Positions 24,441 through 37,414 of a stretch of 64,000 nucleotides of DNA are shown here, piece by piece. The DNA is from Asterias rubens (taxonomy: Eukaryota). Position numbers and translations under genes: made by a program. The stretch is from NCBI RefSeq assembly GCF_902459465.1, contig NC_047083.1, positions 744,001-808,000 of the forward strand, in the 5' to 3' direction. A model generated the notes under the pieces. That model did not search any database. It had not been told where the DNA came from and was given only the letters and a program-made list of their open reading frames with translations. The first letter of the stretch is position 1. Every line of letters starts with the position of its first letter.

Positions 24441-24899
24441 TTAATCTACTGTTTTTAAATCCACTAAGGATTGTTGGTATGTTAAATACCTTGTAGTTTA
24501 CAACCACAAATGTCAGAGGTCACAAAAGAGATGCAGAATTTCTGATCTTAAAGGACGACTTAAATTTATTGCCCGTTTAATTCTGGCAGTGACTCTTAAA
24601 ACCAATTCCAGTCGCTGGCAAATGGCCAGAATCCATCTTTGGGAATAATTCTCAAAAATGTTGAGGGGTAATTTAATAAAGCCTGTTAGCATATGTTTTT
24701 CTGCTTGAAGAACAGCGCTAAGCAGGTTTCTATTTCATACCAGGTTCCAATTTTATAGAGCCTCGGAGCTGAAAAAGTACTTCATCACAAAAACATTATA
24801 CTTACCAGAATAAGGAAACGAGCCAAAAAACAATGTCTAATGCACCGTCTACTCTTTGACAGGCATCCTATGAAATTGAGCCAAGGGACAACATTTAAG

Positions 24900-24995
24900 C
24901 TTAATTGCTCAGTTGGTAGAGTGACAGCTTGTTAATCTGGAGGTTCGGTTCAAGTCCCACTCTAGTTAATTTTTGTTTGCTCAACACAAAGTTAT
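24900..24995 (+). mobile_element. tRNA-derived SINE remnant
   Basis: GCTCAGTTGGTAGAG (A box) and GGTTCAAGTCCC (B box), without a complete cloverleaf. Confidence 0.5.
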
Positions 24996-27962
24996 GAAAA
25001 TATAGCATTACAAATTTAGGGATCTGCTTTGGAACAGTTCATTGACCCCAGGGACCTCATGAAATAAGTAGTTGCATTCTGGAGGATGTTTTTCTTTTTA
25101 AAACCTCTTAAATAAGAAACATCCTGGTCATTGAAGCCAATTAATTAACAGGAATTGTGTTAGGTGTGGCAAGATGGATGAAGGGTGGATGATGATCAAC
25201 AGACTCACCCCCGAGGGAGCATTCTGGGTGGGTTTACCAAGCTGTGAGTAGTGTTTTTGAGGTAAGACAAGATTATTTGGGATCACTGGTTGAGTTATGA
25301 CTGTTAATCTGAGTAATAATCTTGATATAATATTGGGAAGGGGTAAGGGGTTGGGTATTTGTTCTCCCAAGGATTTGTCAAAGCTTTGGGGCATTAAATA
25401 TTAACAAATTTAAAAATTGTAAAAAAGGGGGAGGGGACTATATGTATTGGCCCAATAACCTAGCTTCTGAACCTGGAAAACCCTGATGATTTTGATGTTT
25501 CTACCGAGTAGGAAAGGAAACAACAATGGCAATAACTTAATAAACTAAATCGGTAAAAAGGGAGCAGTGCTGGTAGACCTGACGGCAGCAAACAAGAAGG
25601 CTGTGAGATGTGCCTAATCCTAGCCAAACATTTCAAGAGTAGCTAGATGATGGACTCGTAAGAAGAAGAAGTTGAACGGCTTCAAAGTTCTCAATAAAAC
25701 ACAAGACAACATGCTGAAACTTTCACTTATCATTTCTGTGTGACACCTTGTTTAACTCATACATTTATTACAGCATGAACAAGCTATCAGATCCCTGACA
25801 ACAAAACAGAAAAGTCTTTAAAATAAAATAAACATCGTGAAGAATTACCCTTTCTGATGATTTACTGTCCGACCAACGTCAAGGATTTCCGCTTTGCCCA
25901 AACACCAGAACCAGCCAGTAATCAACAACTGGTTGTTAGTGTTACTAAAAGGACAATTTACCTCCAAGTGGTTTGACCTCTAAAGCACTGGGGTCATGTG
26001 CAGAGGAGCACTGCCTGGGCCAAATGAAGAGGGTGTGTAAACATAAAACCTGTTAAAATGCTTACTAAGACCAAGTCACCAGCATGTGACAACTGGTACT
26101 ACTAAACCCCTCCCACCTGCCTCCCCCCCCCCTTTCAAAGAAAAAAAAAGAATGACAAATCCAGATGTGGAATATAATTTCGGAGAGGGCATAGAGCCAA
26201 GAACTTTTTTATGGAGAGGGCAAGGCATTTTTCAGTTTGAAAAGGGCGCTTCCATTTCAAAAATCTTAAAGTCTGTTTGACAATTTTGATGAGGGAACCA
26301 AGGTCAAGACCAGGGCAACCAAGGAGTAATTCCAGACATGTCGGGTAACCTTTCTCTCAAATGAAAATTACCATCCCAGCTAAAAATCTACTTTTGTCCT
26401 AATTAAAGGTTTACAATGACATTTACACCCCTTTTTTGTATAACAACCACAAATTTCACTGAGGTCCATTACTTTTTCAGCTCGTTCAAATTCCTTTCCT
26501 CCTTGTTCAAAGTAACCAAAGATACTTTTTTTTTCTTTTCTTTTTTACTTTTTTTTTACACCTCAGAAAAACATAATTTTTTACATTACTGGCCTTCACC
26601 TTGAAGTCAAGAAGTTTCTTTCTTAAAAAGAAATCCATCAAAGTTTGGCTTGAGGTTCTAGGTCAAGTGGCTTACAGCACATCATAATAAATTTTGCCCT
26701 AAATGTTTTCCCAGATAGTTTGAAGTGAAGGGGCATTTTTTTTTAGAATCTCAGTCTCAAGAGGTTTTTCAAAAAAACAAAAACACACAAACATAAAATT
26801 TTAAAACTATAACTAAAGGTAAAATCTATTTCTTGTGATAAATCTTTTGAAGGGGCACCAAGGCCAAGACCAGAGCAACAGTAGCCATGGCTGATGTAAC
26901 CCCAAGCCAGATGGTAAAATAAGGGTACAAAAAGTAGATTCCATTTTTATAAATCTATTCTACTTTTAGAAATATTTAAAAATGTTTTTTTATCACTAGA
27001 CCATGAGCCGGTCTATTCTTAGATCATAAGTGATTATTTATAAGTATACAAATCAATTAAATGCTTGCTGGAAATACTTTCAAGATTTGCCAGGAATAAG
27101 TTTCTAATTTCCAAGAGAGAGTGCACTGACCATTTGATGGGTCGACAAACTTTTTTCTTTTACTCATGACAAAAGTTCACATAGTGAGTAAAAAATGACA
27201 ACATTAAATGAGACAGCAGAACTTTATCAAAATTACGACTCGGCTTTCGGAGAATGTCAACGGATGTTTTGGGCATTAGGAACGGCACTGGTAGAAAGAG
27301 GGAAAGAGTAAGAGGAATTCAATTGGATCAAAAGCTTTGGAGAATGTAGGAGTCAAGAGTACAAACATGTGACGTCATATCACCGTGGCAACGTGTGGCG
27401 ACTAAGTCTGAAGGTTTGTTGTTCTGTGATGCAATAGTTGCGAAATGTCTCCTAGAAATCTTAAGTTGATCTTAATCCAAATACTTGTTTTGTTGTAGCA
27501 TTCACGGTATCAAATTCGATTCAAATATTTTTTGTGAAAAATTACTTCTTTCTCAAAAACTACTTTACTTCAGAGGAAGCCGTTTCTCACAATGTTTTAA
27601 ACTATCAACAGCTCTCCATTGCTCGTTACCAAAGAAGTTTTTATGCTAACAATTATTTTGAGTAATTACCAATAGTGTCCACTGCCTTTAAGAGGATGCA
27701 ACTTTTTATTTCAGACCAAATAATAAACCAAAGGTAAACTGTTGTACGATTTAGTAAGAATCCGAGCCAATGAAGGAGGTGACTGAATACGATCAACGCT
27801 TGGGTAAATTTCTCTATTGAGTAGAACAGTTTTGAGAAGAACTTGTGATTTACTCATCATTTTGATCAGAATGCTCAGTTCACCGTGAGGAAATTGCCAA
27901 ATTCCAAATCGGAGTTGGGCTTTGGTGGACTTCCGGAGTCTTGCGAAAGGATGACTCAAACT

Positions 27963-28285
27963 TGGTGGTCAGGTTGGCGTAGTGCTTTCTTTCAACCTCT
28001 AGGACCCTGGTTTGAATCCCATCAGTGGCACTGGTTTTCAGTCCCTACCTGTCCCTAATTTCATAGAGCTGCTAAGCACATAAATTTGCTTAGCATGAAA
28101 TTTCTTCTTTGATAAAAACAGGATTATCAACCAAATTTCTATTTGTTGCATATTGCTTGTTACTGGTATTCAGCTGAAAATCATGTGGAAATTTGGTTGG
28201 TAACCCTCTTTTTATCAAGGCAAGAATTTCGTGTTGAGCAAATTTGTGTTTTTAGGTTTTCCCCGACATCTAAGACTTGACTTCC
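27963..28285 (+). mobile_element. Same SINE family, interrupted by a MITE
   Basis: GGTCAGGTTGGCGTAGTG...GACCCTGGTTTGAATCCC...TTTTCAGTCCCTACCTG[MITE]GTTTTTCCCCGACATCTAAGAC. Confidence 0.55.
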
Positions 28286-28917
28286 ATTTTTTTCCCCCTC
28301 TTCACAGGTTTCTCCAGGAAAAAATACTTGAAAATCTTGATACCTAGGTACCAATCTAAACACCACACAAGGAATTGGTTGTCATTTCTAATATAGGAAA
28401 CGATTTGTAATACCAACAAACGATAACACGTAGAGTTAAAATAACTTGACAAATTGCTCTACAGCAAGTGTAATGCAATCATAAACATTTACATACGCAC
28501 GTTGTACGTCACATACATATGTCTGCCGTGTCTATTTTTATACTTTCTTGTTGACGTAGTTTCCCCCGTAGTGGGCAAAGTGAAGATCACGGCGATTTAT
28601 GTCTGATGTTTGGACGTGGCACACATACCAATTTACCATCTTAAAGGGATGGTACAATTTTCTGAAGAGAGGATTATTTCCAATCGTCTTTGCTTGGATT
28701 GCCCTTTAAGTAACTCACATATTTTAAATGAGTGAGTTTTTTTTATTTCTTTGAAAATTTGTTTTGCGGAGAAAGATTGTATCAAAAAGAAAGAGTTTGA
28801 TTTCTTGCCGATTTTGTGAATGTTTCTTTTGAAATTTTTCCTGGAAGCTCATCCCCATGCCAATCCTACCAGAGACCATACCCACATAATGTGGATGACT
28901 CGCCACCTTAAACACTG

Positions 28918-29480
28918 CCTACCAGGACCCTACCAGCCTTTGGCCTCAGTAGCATCCGTCCAAATTCTCTGACTTCTCCCTATCCTTCCAAAAAACATCC
29001 AGTGCATTTCATTTCAGCAGCCTTCATAGAAACAACCTACTACCAGGACCATGCCAGGCTACCCTACCAGGACCATACCAGGCTACCTACCCACATAACG
29101 TCAATGATTTGCCCCAAAAACAGTGCCTACCAGTACCAGCCTAGGGTATCAGTAGCCCGAGTCACAAACTCTCTCACTGCTCCCTACCCAACCCCCAAAA
29201 ACATTCAGTAAATTTCATTTCAGGAGCGCCCATTCCTATGCCTACCAGGACCCTACCAGCCTTCGGGTAGCCCAGCAGAGTCACAATCCATCTCACTGCT
29301 CCCTACCCAACCCAAAAAAACATTCAGTAACGCCAATTCCGTTGCCAGGACCCTACCAGCGTTCAGTTTCAATAGCCAGAGTCACAAACTCTCTCACTGC
29401 TCCCTACCCAAACCCAAAAAAACATTCATTAAATTTCATTTCAGCATCGCCCATTCTGTTGCCAGGACCCTACTTATTTA
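28918..29480. repeat. Degenerate C/A-rich tandem array (~105-130 bp units)
   Basis: CTACCAGGACCCTACCAGC...GAGTCACAAACTCTCTCACTGCTCCCTACCCAACCC.AAAAAACATTCA occurs about 4 times. Confidence 0.75.
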
Positions 29481-30479
29481 GCCTACCTTCCCACATACAT
29501 GTACTGGCCATGACTCCTCCCCATAAAACTTGATACTTCAGATGCCTAATGACCATCTTACTCATTAGTGATTCCAGAAATCGCTGGAGCGTGACTAACC
29601 CAATCAAGTGCTGGTTATCAACATTGCGTGTCAATAAACATGTAGCAGTGCTGGTACATATCAAGGCTAGATATTAGTCATTTTGATTGATCATCTTGGG
29701 TAGAGTTCAGTGACTCTCTTATTGGACCACCTGGATGGGGTTTTATAAGGAGTTATTAAAATGTCCTCAACCTTTCTTGTATCCTTCTGCTTCCAAAGGT
29801 GTCATGAATTGACTCCACAAATTGGCCGACTATGTTACTTCGCAAAATAAAAGGAAAACCATTCAATTTCCAGGCATATTTGTTTGGATCATTATATTCT
29901 ACTTCTAAAACAACTATCTATAATCTAACCATATGCATTTCATAACAAACGGTTTTGAACACTTTTCATAGACCAACTCGCCCGATCCATGCCCTATCCA
30001 CGGCAACGTGTCCCTTTAATTGCGCGTTTACACCGTTTCAAACGCTGTACAGTAAAAAATACATTATAATACAGAATAAAAACACGAGCAGAAACAGCAA
30101 TTTGATTTAGAATACACAACAGTTGAAAAAAGAAGCAAATGGAGTAAAAAATTTCATTACAAACACAATTCCTCCATTCCAAGACTATGTATCAGTCTAC
30201 CTTAAAAGTCAGAATGGATTTCCAGTCACACTATATTACTCAAGTAAATGTCTATGTTGGCACAGCAGAAGAATATTCCCCCCATGTAAATTTATCCTGT
30301 GGCAGGAATGTACTTAAATCAAAGTAAATTGCAGCAAATCATCAAGTGCTGACGGACTGGTAATGTATGAAAGTAGAACAATTAGATACTGTTCTTGTTT
30401 CCTTCTGAGCAAGATGGCCTAATTACATGGCACATTACTGAAGTTAACTGACCTGGAACAAATCAAAGAGTCCAATTTA

Positions 30480-31272
30480 GGGGTTCCTTAAACAAATCTG
30501 AGAGGCAGATTTGGGGGTTCCTTAAACAATTCTGAGAGGCAGATTTGGGGATTTCTTACTTGGGGTTCCATGAACAAATCTGAGTGGCAGATTTGGGGGT
30601 TCCTTAAACAAATCTGAGAGGCAGATTTGGGGGTTCCTTAAACAAATCTGAGAGGCAGATTTGGGGATTTCTTACTTGGGGTTCCTTAAACAAATCTGAG
30701 TGGCAGATTTGGGGGTTCCTTAAACAAATCTGAAAGGCAGATTTGGGGATTTCTTACTTGGGGTTCCTTAAACAAATCTGAGTGGCAGATTTGGGGGTTC
30801 CTTAAACAAATCTGAGAGGCAGATTTGGGGGTTCCTTAAACAAATCTGAGAGGCAGATTTGGGGATTTCTTACTTGGGGTTCCTTAAACAAATCTGAGTG
30901 GCAGATTTGGGGGTTCCTTAAACAAATCTGAGAGGCAGATTTGGGGGTTCCTTAAACAAATCTGAGAGGCAGATTTTGGGGTTCCTTAAACAAATCTGAG
31001 AGGCAGATTTGGGGATTTCTTACTTGGGGTTCCTTAAACAAATCTGAGTGGCAGATTTGGGGGTTCCTTAAACAAATCTGAGAGACAGATTTGGGGGTTC
31101 CTTAAACAAATCTGAGAGGCAGATTTGGGGGTTCCTTAAACAAATCTGAGAGGCAGATTTGGGGGTTCCTTAAACAAATTTGAGAGGCAGATTTGAGGGC
31201 TTTCTTAGATATCTGAGAGGCAGATTTGGGGGGTTTCTTAGAAATCTGAGAGGCAGATTTTGGGGTTCATGA
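30480..31272. repeat. 34-bp minisatellite (~21 units) with higher-order structure
   Basis: Unit GGGGTTCCTTAAACAAATCTGAGAGGCAGATTTG, with five 14-nt inserts GGGATTTCTTACTT. Confidence 0.95.
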
Positions 31273-31554
31273 AGCCTTTTATTCAATTGAAAAACACTGG
31301 TCTTGTCCAGTCACAAATTTATCGTCTAACACATAAGCCTTGTGGCCTGTCTGTCCTCCAGTGTACAATTTGAGCCTTGACGAGTAACCTAAATAAAACC
31401 TTCTTTAACCATGAAGAAAATTAATTCAAAATCTAATTTCCTACCTCCATGGTCAAACGTTGAGAGCTGTCTCCACAAAAATGACAACACCCAATAAACC
31501 CATCATATAAAAAGCTACCATGAGCTAATTAAGAAAAAGGCAACAGAAAGGGCT

Positions 31555-32125
31555 TGGTCTGAGACTCTTACTCTTAGTCATCAAGACATTTCAATGGTCT
31601 AAGAACCTCTAGAGTGGCCGCTCTCAAATGAATCTACCAAATGAGCTTTCCCAAGAAACAAACCAATCAAACACAACAAAAACAATACAGAGGCAACTAG
31701 CTTTAAGACAACAGCACAATTAGTACTGGTCTACATGTATAGCATTGGACAATTGCTCCATGGTCTGAGATGCTCACCAAGATATTTTAATTAGCTAAGA
31801 ACATCTAGAAATGAACACGCTCAAAAAAGAAACCTATAGAATGAATTCCCCCATTAAATAAACAGTCACCAAACTACCAAAAACCAAAACAGAAGTCAAC
31901 TAGCTTAGAGGCAACAGCACAATCATTAGTCTGTCTGAGATGCTCACCAAGAAATTTGAATGAGCTAAGAAGAATCATCAAGAAATTTTACTGGTCTAGA
32001 TAAAATATCACTTTCAAACGAAATCTTTCAATTCAACTGAACTCTCTCATCAAAAGGTAACACAGAAGGAAACAGTGTTGGTCTCTTTCTGAGACGCTCA
32101 TCAAGAAATTTCAATGATCTAAGCA
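31555..32125. repeat. Old degenerate tandem duplications
   Basis: The core TCTGAGAYGCTCAYCAAGAWATTTNAATNANCTAAG occurs about 4 times. Confidence 0.55.
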
Positions 32126-32387
32126 GATCTCCGCTGACCCCTGAGATGACCACTCTAACTTAAAACCAATACAAATTGGCCACAGTGTCCACTTACACCG
32201 TTCACCAGACACTCCAGACCAGCTTCCCTCTTCCCTGAATGGAATTCCATCTCGGCATAATAATCTTAGCATCTGATCATTTCTCTCTATTAGCCTCCAA
32301 CAGCCCTAACCTTTCAGGCAGATTATCTGTTTAGCGAGGGGTGGACCTCCAGGCTGTGTAAGAAGCGGGATGCACTCCAAGAGGAGA

Positions 32388-32700
32388 GGGTGTGTTTAAA
32401 GGGACAGTGCAGACCGTGGTTCAGTTAAAACGCGGCATTAAAGGGAAAGTATACACTTTCTCCTAAAGACGAGCAGAGTGTACTGTGCAAGAGGGATCCA
32501 CTTGGAGAGGATAGGGTGTGTTTAAAGGGACAGTGCAGACCGTGGTTCAGTTAAAACACGGCATTAAAGGGTAAGTATACACTTTCTCCTGAAGACGAGC
32601 AGAGTATACTGTTTGAAACGTCAAGACCACACCGGCTCTTTTCAGAGCCAACACTCCCACAAAAGAGTTGTCCCATGGTTGTACTCGCAAGTTTACTTCG
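32388..32700 (+). mobile_element. Penelope-like element end with 126-bp tandem duplication
   Basis: GGGTGTGTTTAAAGGGACAGTGCAGACC... is repeated at 32388 and 32514. The second copy ends in CTGAAGAC...GAAACGTC followed by a GGCTCT-TTTC-AGAGCC hairpin; this end architecture is typical of Penelope pseudo-LTRs. Confidence 0.6.
32585..32626 (+). ncRNA. Minimal type I hammerhead ribozyme motif
   Basis: UCUC-CUGAAGA-C-GAGCAG/AGUAUA/CUGUUU-GAAAC-GUC-AAGA: core, stem II, palindromic ACGU stem III and a GUC cleavage triplet. Confidence 0.6.
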
Positions 32701-33404
32701 ATTTATAGTTACTTCCTAATGAAAAGTGTACGTTTGTTTTGGGAGCTGTATGATTGTTTTAATCCTATATAAATAATATAGACACTCCAGACTCCTGAAA
32801 GGGCACAGTAATTTCCCTCTGATAAGGGCCACTTCTGTTGGGGAAAATGTAAATTTGTATAGGAACCTTGCAGAGGACAGCAAAAGCACAGGGCACAATG
32901 GCACTTGCAGTGGGTGCATTGGGTCATGGGTCATTTAGAGACCTGTATAATACAATAAAACTAACCTGTGAAACTTTCATTTCAAAAGGTGGTTTCGTTT
33001 TTCATAAATCAAGGCCAATAAGCACAAAGGCAATAAACAAGGGCATGGAGGCATGTAAGCCTTATGACAGCCAGACACAAGACAAAGCCGGGACAAAGTC
33101 TTTTTCGCCAAGTCAAGATTTTAAAAATCCTGACCTTCCTTCCACCACTCCTTTAAGACGGTTCTGAATTTAGCTGCCTACCATTTTCACCTCCCGTGGT
33201 TTCATGTGTGTATTTCTGAACACCAAACAATTGGGACTAGTCGTTGACCTATAATTTCCTAAAAGATTCAAGTCCGAAGGTGAAATTGTATGATTTTAGA
33301 AACGCTAGGCTTATCTGTTTGAGCCTTCTCGGAACCAGGGCATCATATTCAGTTTCAAAACGGCCTGTAGAAATTTGTGGCATGAAAGTTTGAGCAAAGT
33401 TTAA

Positions 33405-33774
33405 AGGCCCTTGACATGTTTGGTAAAAGTCAAAGACCAGTCTTCTCAACTTGTGCATAAAATAACAAACATGTGAAAACGTAGGCTCAATTGGTCATCA
33501 AAGTTGCAAGAAAATAATGACAGAAAAAACACCCTTGTTTCACAAATTTGTTCGCTTTCAGATGCCTGTGAAATAGCTTCAGGCATGAAGTCTTTCTCAC
33601 AGATTGAAATATTTTAGTGAGAAATTTCCTCTTTCTCAAAAAACTTTGTTACTTCAGAATTGTTTCTCACAATTTTTTAAACTGCCAACAGCTCTCTGTT
33701 GCTCGCTACCAAGTACCAGTAAGTTTTTTATGGTAATATATAATTTGATCAATTACCAATAGTGTCCAGTGCCT
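33405..33774 (-). mobile_element. Kolobok-type MITE (diverged)
   Basis: TTAA|AGGCCCTTGACA...GTGTCCAGTGCCT|TTAA. Confidence 0.7.
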
Positions 33775-33987
33775 TTAAGAGCTACCAGCTTCGCTACTCC
33801 ACTGGGAGATGTCATATACACTAAAACAATGTCTCTGAAACGATATTTGATAAATTAATCCTTCAAAATGTCCTTGTTGTAATTCTAGACAAGATCTCGA
33901 CCCATATCTTCCACTCAACCTTCCTTAGTGAGACAGTTTTGACTAAGTACCCCAACAAATTCAAAAGAGAAATGGTTCAAAATAACA

Positions 33988-34115
33988 AAGGTCGTTGGTT
34001 TGAATCCCACCGGAGTAATATGCCTTTGAGTTTTTCACAGAAGAACTTGGGTAAGTACTGAGTATATAGTGCTTACACACATCGGTGTATATGGGTAAAA
34101 ACCAAAATGAATAAC
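33988..34115 (+). mobile_element. 5'-truncated tRNA-derived SINE
   Basis: GGTCGTTGGTTTGAATCCCACC (B box) followed by a repeat body. Confidence 0.45.
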
Positions 34116-34303
34116 AAAGACATAGTGTATTTCTTTCTTACTCATTTTGGTTTTTACCCTAGACAAAGTTAACGAAAACAAATTGATGAAGGCCTGACAT
34201 CACAACAGGAGGTCATTACCAATTTGTGCATTACGGTTATGATCATGTGAATAATTTTGGTAAGTAATTCAACAGCTATTTTTTTTTTCAAAAGATGACT
34301 TAC

Positions 34304-34400
34304 CTGACAAAAATTGTAGTACTCTAAATAAAGATGACTTTCAGTTCCTCATGGAGACGACGATCTCCCCTAAGCAACGGCTTCACATCCACAGCGTACC
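34304..34400 (-). other. Candidate non-coding exon (Tspan-B 5' UTR or lncRNA)
   Basis: Acceptor ATCTTTCAG and donor CAG|GTAAGT; 97 nt with stops in all three frames. Confidence 0.45.
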
Positions 34401-34491
34401 CTGAAAGATTTCAGAAGTATTTTCTTATCAAATGGTGGATTAAAAATTGTATACTTACGAACATAAAATGTACATACACATGTAAGACCAG

Positions 34492-34683
34492 GGCTCAATT
34501 TCATAGAGCTGCTTAAGCACAAAAAGTAGCTAAGCACAACAAAATTATGCTTACCAGAATAAGGTTACCAGCCAAACTACTATTTCACATGTATAATTTG
34601 TGACTGGTATCCTGCTCTACTCTGCTTAGCAGTCAATTGTTAAGCATTTTTTCTGTTTAATAGCAGCTCTATGAAACTAGGCC
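34492..34683. mobile_element. Harbinger-type MITE (related subfamily)
   Basis: GGCTCAATTTCATAGAGCTGCTTAAGC...GCAGCTCTATGAAACTAGGCC. Relatives lie at about 8990-9205, 21720-21900, 24690-24885 and 57505-57865. Confidence 0.65.
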
Positions 34684-34919
34684 CTGGTCTCGGGTGGCAG
34701 CGGTCTTGGCCTTTATTGTTGCAAGTGTTGACTTTTATTGCCCTTGGAAAAAACGCTGGGCCTTTTTACTGAGTACAACAGCAAGGGCTGACCTATATGT
34801 ACAGTACATGGTACCAGCATGTATAGACATTTCACAGAAATTTAACAACAACTTTGCTGTTATATCATGTTACACAACCCTAACCTTCTATCTATCCACC
34901 CCTGATCAAATAAATGGTT

Positions 34920-35294
34920 GGGTAGTGTCGTGGCCGAGCGGTTAAGAGCACGGAGGGTTTGAATCCCCAGCCGTGACACTTGTGTCTTTAAGCAAGACAC
35001 TTAACAATTGCTTCATCCTTCGGATGGGACGTAAAGCCGTTCGTCCCATGTGTTGAGTAGGCCTAACGCATGTAAATAGAACCCAGTGCACTTATCGAAA
35101 AGAGAAGGGGTTCGCCCCAGTGTTCCTGGCTGTGGCTGCTGTATGCGCGGTAGCACCTTGTAAACTTTTATAAAATGTTAAATAATTGGGTCTCAGAATT
35201 CATCACTGCAATAACCTATCTCTCTGAAAGTTTGTATATACTCAGCGCCTTGAGTACCTTGTTTGGTAGATACGTACGCTTTAAGAGACTTTGA

Positions 35295-35325
<31 letters not shown>
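34920..35325 (+). mobile_element. tRNA-derived SINE with Deu-like core and (ATT)n tail
   Basis: A box TGGCCGAGCGG and B box GGTTTGAATCC. The core CCTTCGGATGGGACGTAAAGCCG...GGGGTTCGCCCCAGTGTTCCTGG resembles the DeuSINE domain (recall). It has an L2-like 3' end and an ATT tail. Confidence 0.7.
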
Positions 35326-36015
35326 GTTGTTAGTATCACACGACACCTTTTCATATTTTCATCTCCACAAAAAGGAAAAACAATATATTGAGACTGAATA
35401 AATGTACGCATTCCTTTCATAAAAATAATAATAGTTCTGAAAATGATCCCTGTGCCTCACAAACAAACAAAAAAAACATCAGCAATTTGATCACATTAGG
35501 AATAAATAGGTTTTGAAATTGCGCTTGAAAGCATCCACTGTTGGCGAGGATCTTATGGTCTGTGGTACATTGTAACTCCAGTGAGTTGGCCCTTTAAATA
35601 TCATCCGAGATATAAGAAAGCAATAAATACGACTGATCATCGCGGTGCTTCTGCGATGACCAAATCTAACGACCGTTCCTTTGGTGAGTCATTGTGAAAC
35701 GGCCCGAGGATCATTTTGTAATCTTCAAGAACGCTCCATTATTTAATTGTCATTTTCTGACTCAGTTTTTATCTTAATGCATGAACAAATTGCCGCCGTG
35801 TCGTCGAATGGAGGGGTGGATTGTGCAATTTAGTTTTTCTCAGAAGTGTTTTCATTTGAAGTAATCCCTTCGACTGTTTTTTTGTATCATTTTGTTTCGG
35901 GGCTGCATAAATTCAGTGAGAATTTTTAAAGTTGTTTGTCAGTGTACATAAAGAGCTACACGTACATTAAATAGAAGACAATATTTTCGTCTTCAAAACT
36001 TGAATCAATCTTAAA

Positions 36016-36399
36016 AGGCAGTGGACACTATTGGTAATTTCTCAAAATAATTATTGGCATAAAACCTTTCTTGGTGACGAGTAATGGGGAGAGGTTGATG
36101 GTATAAAACATTGTGAGAAACAGCTCCCTCTTAAGCGCCATAGTTTTCGAGAAAGAAGTAATTTTCGACGAATTTGATTTTGAGACCTCAAGTTTAGAAT
36201 TTGAGGTCTCAAAATCAACCATCTAAACGCACACAACTTCGTGTTGCAAGGGTTATTTTTCTTTCATTTCATGTATTATCTCGCAACTTCGATGACCGAT
36301 TGAGCTCAAATTTTCACAGGTTTGTTATTTTATGCATGTGTTGAGATACACCAACTGTGAAGGCTAGTCTTTGACAATTACCAATAGTGTCCACTGCCT
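36016..36399 (+). mobile_element. Kolobok-type MITE
   Basis: AGGCAGTGGACACTATTGGTAATT...AATTACCAATAGTGTCCACTGCCT|TTAA. Confidence 0.8.
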
Positions 36400-37414
36400 T
36401 TAAAAATTAAAACCATCTCCTTAAAGTTGAGGCAGCCATAACCAAGAGTATCACTGTTAATCGCATTTTGGGGTTTCCTGTCAAATTTTAAGACAAATCT
36501 TCAGCTACACATGAACAAGCCTGACAGTATTTTTATTTCAAGCGTTCCTCAGACAAATTAAAATTACAGACATCTTTCTTAATGTCAAAGCACTTACAAT
36601 TTTACACCTATAACTTTAACAAGTGCACATGTAATAATTCCGAGGAAACTTGGCCGACAGCGGCCGATTAGAATTCGGCAATATCACAAATTATTAGTTC
36701 CGTCACAGGGAGTTTGAAAAGCTGAGTAAACAAGCAATACGAGGTTGAGCTGGAAGTTATAGCGTTTACATTTGTATGGTCCGACTGCAATAACATCAAT
36801 TTAAACAGATAGGTGGGTGTCATATTTCTTTTTTCTTTCTTAGTTTGTGTTTTCTCTTCCCAACTCCCTCTCATAGAAACGAGCTGCTAACATTTTGTCT
36901 TGCAATCAGGGAAATAATTATTTAGATATCTAGTAATAAACCACAAGGGAAACTGACTGGGAAATATTTAGAATTACATTCAATATAATATGGATAAAGG
37001 TTCCACGTTCAGGGAGATTTTCAATTTTGTTCATCGGAAAATGGGACGGTTGGTTTATTTTCAGGACAATTTCCTGCAGTATTAAGGAGAGTTGTGTTAC
37101 TGGAAATTACATCCAAGGCATGTTTTTATTATACAGGGGTCCCTACTTAATTAAGATTCTCTTCCAAGGATTTCGTTTTGATCCTGCGGGGATCCAGACC
37201 TCTGAGTTTACTTAGAGCAAGACATCTTCAGAGACTTTGAGGTACAGTTTACAAATTAATTTGTAATCGTTCTTAAAATTAATAATAAATAATAAAACAC
37301 TGGTAAGAAACATACAGCAGCTTTTGAAAGTATAAAGCATTTTCAGAAATATTTCAACTCAAAATAATGTGGTTATGTAAGAAAATATGTCAATTTTTTT
37401 ATATAGAATTTTAC

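Noticed and set aside
24900-24995. tRNA gene (also 33988 and 34920)
   Set aside because: Only A/B boxes are present; there is no complete cloverleaf or acceptor stem, and each is followed by a SINE body.
25128-25394. KAFD-like RT motif on the minus strand
   Set aside because: It needs a frameshift and no other RT motif follows; too weak to call.
30480-31272. CRISPR-like array (palindromic ~34-bp repeats with inserts)
   Set aside because: The inserts are identical rather than unique spacers, most units abut directly, there are no cas genes, and the context is eukaryotic.
36028-36236. ORFs over TTAA-flanked elements (also 1460-1699, 18434-18682, 56709-56948)
   Set aside because: They fall in non-autonomous ~378-bp MITEs and have no transposase motifs.
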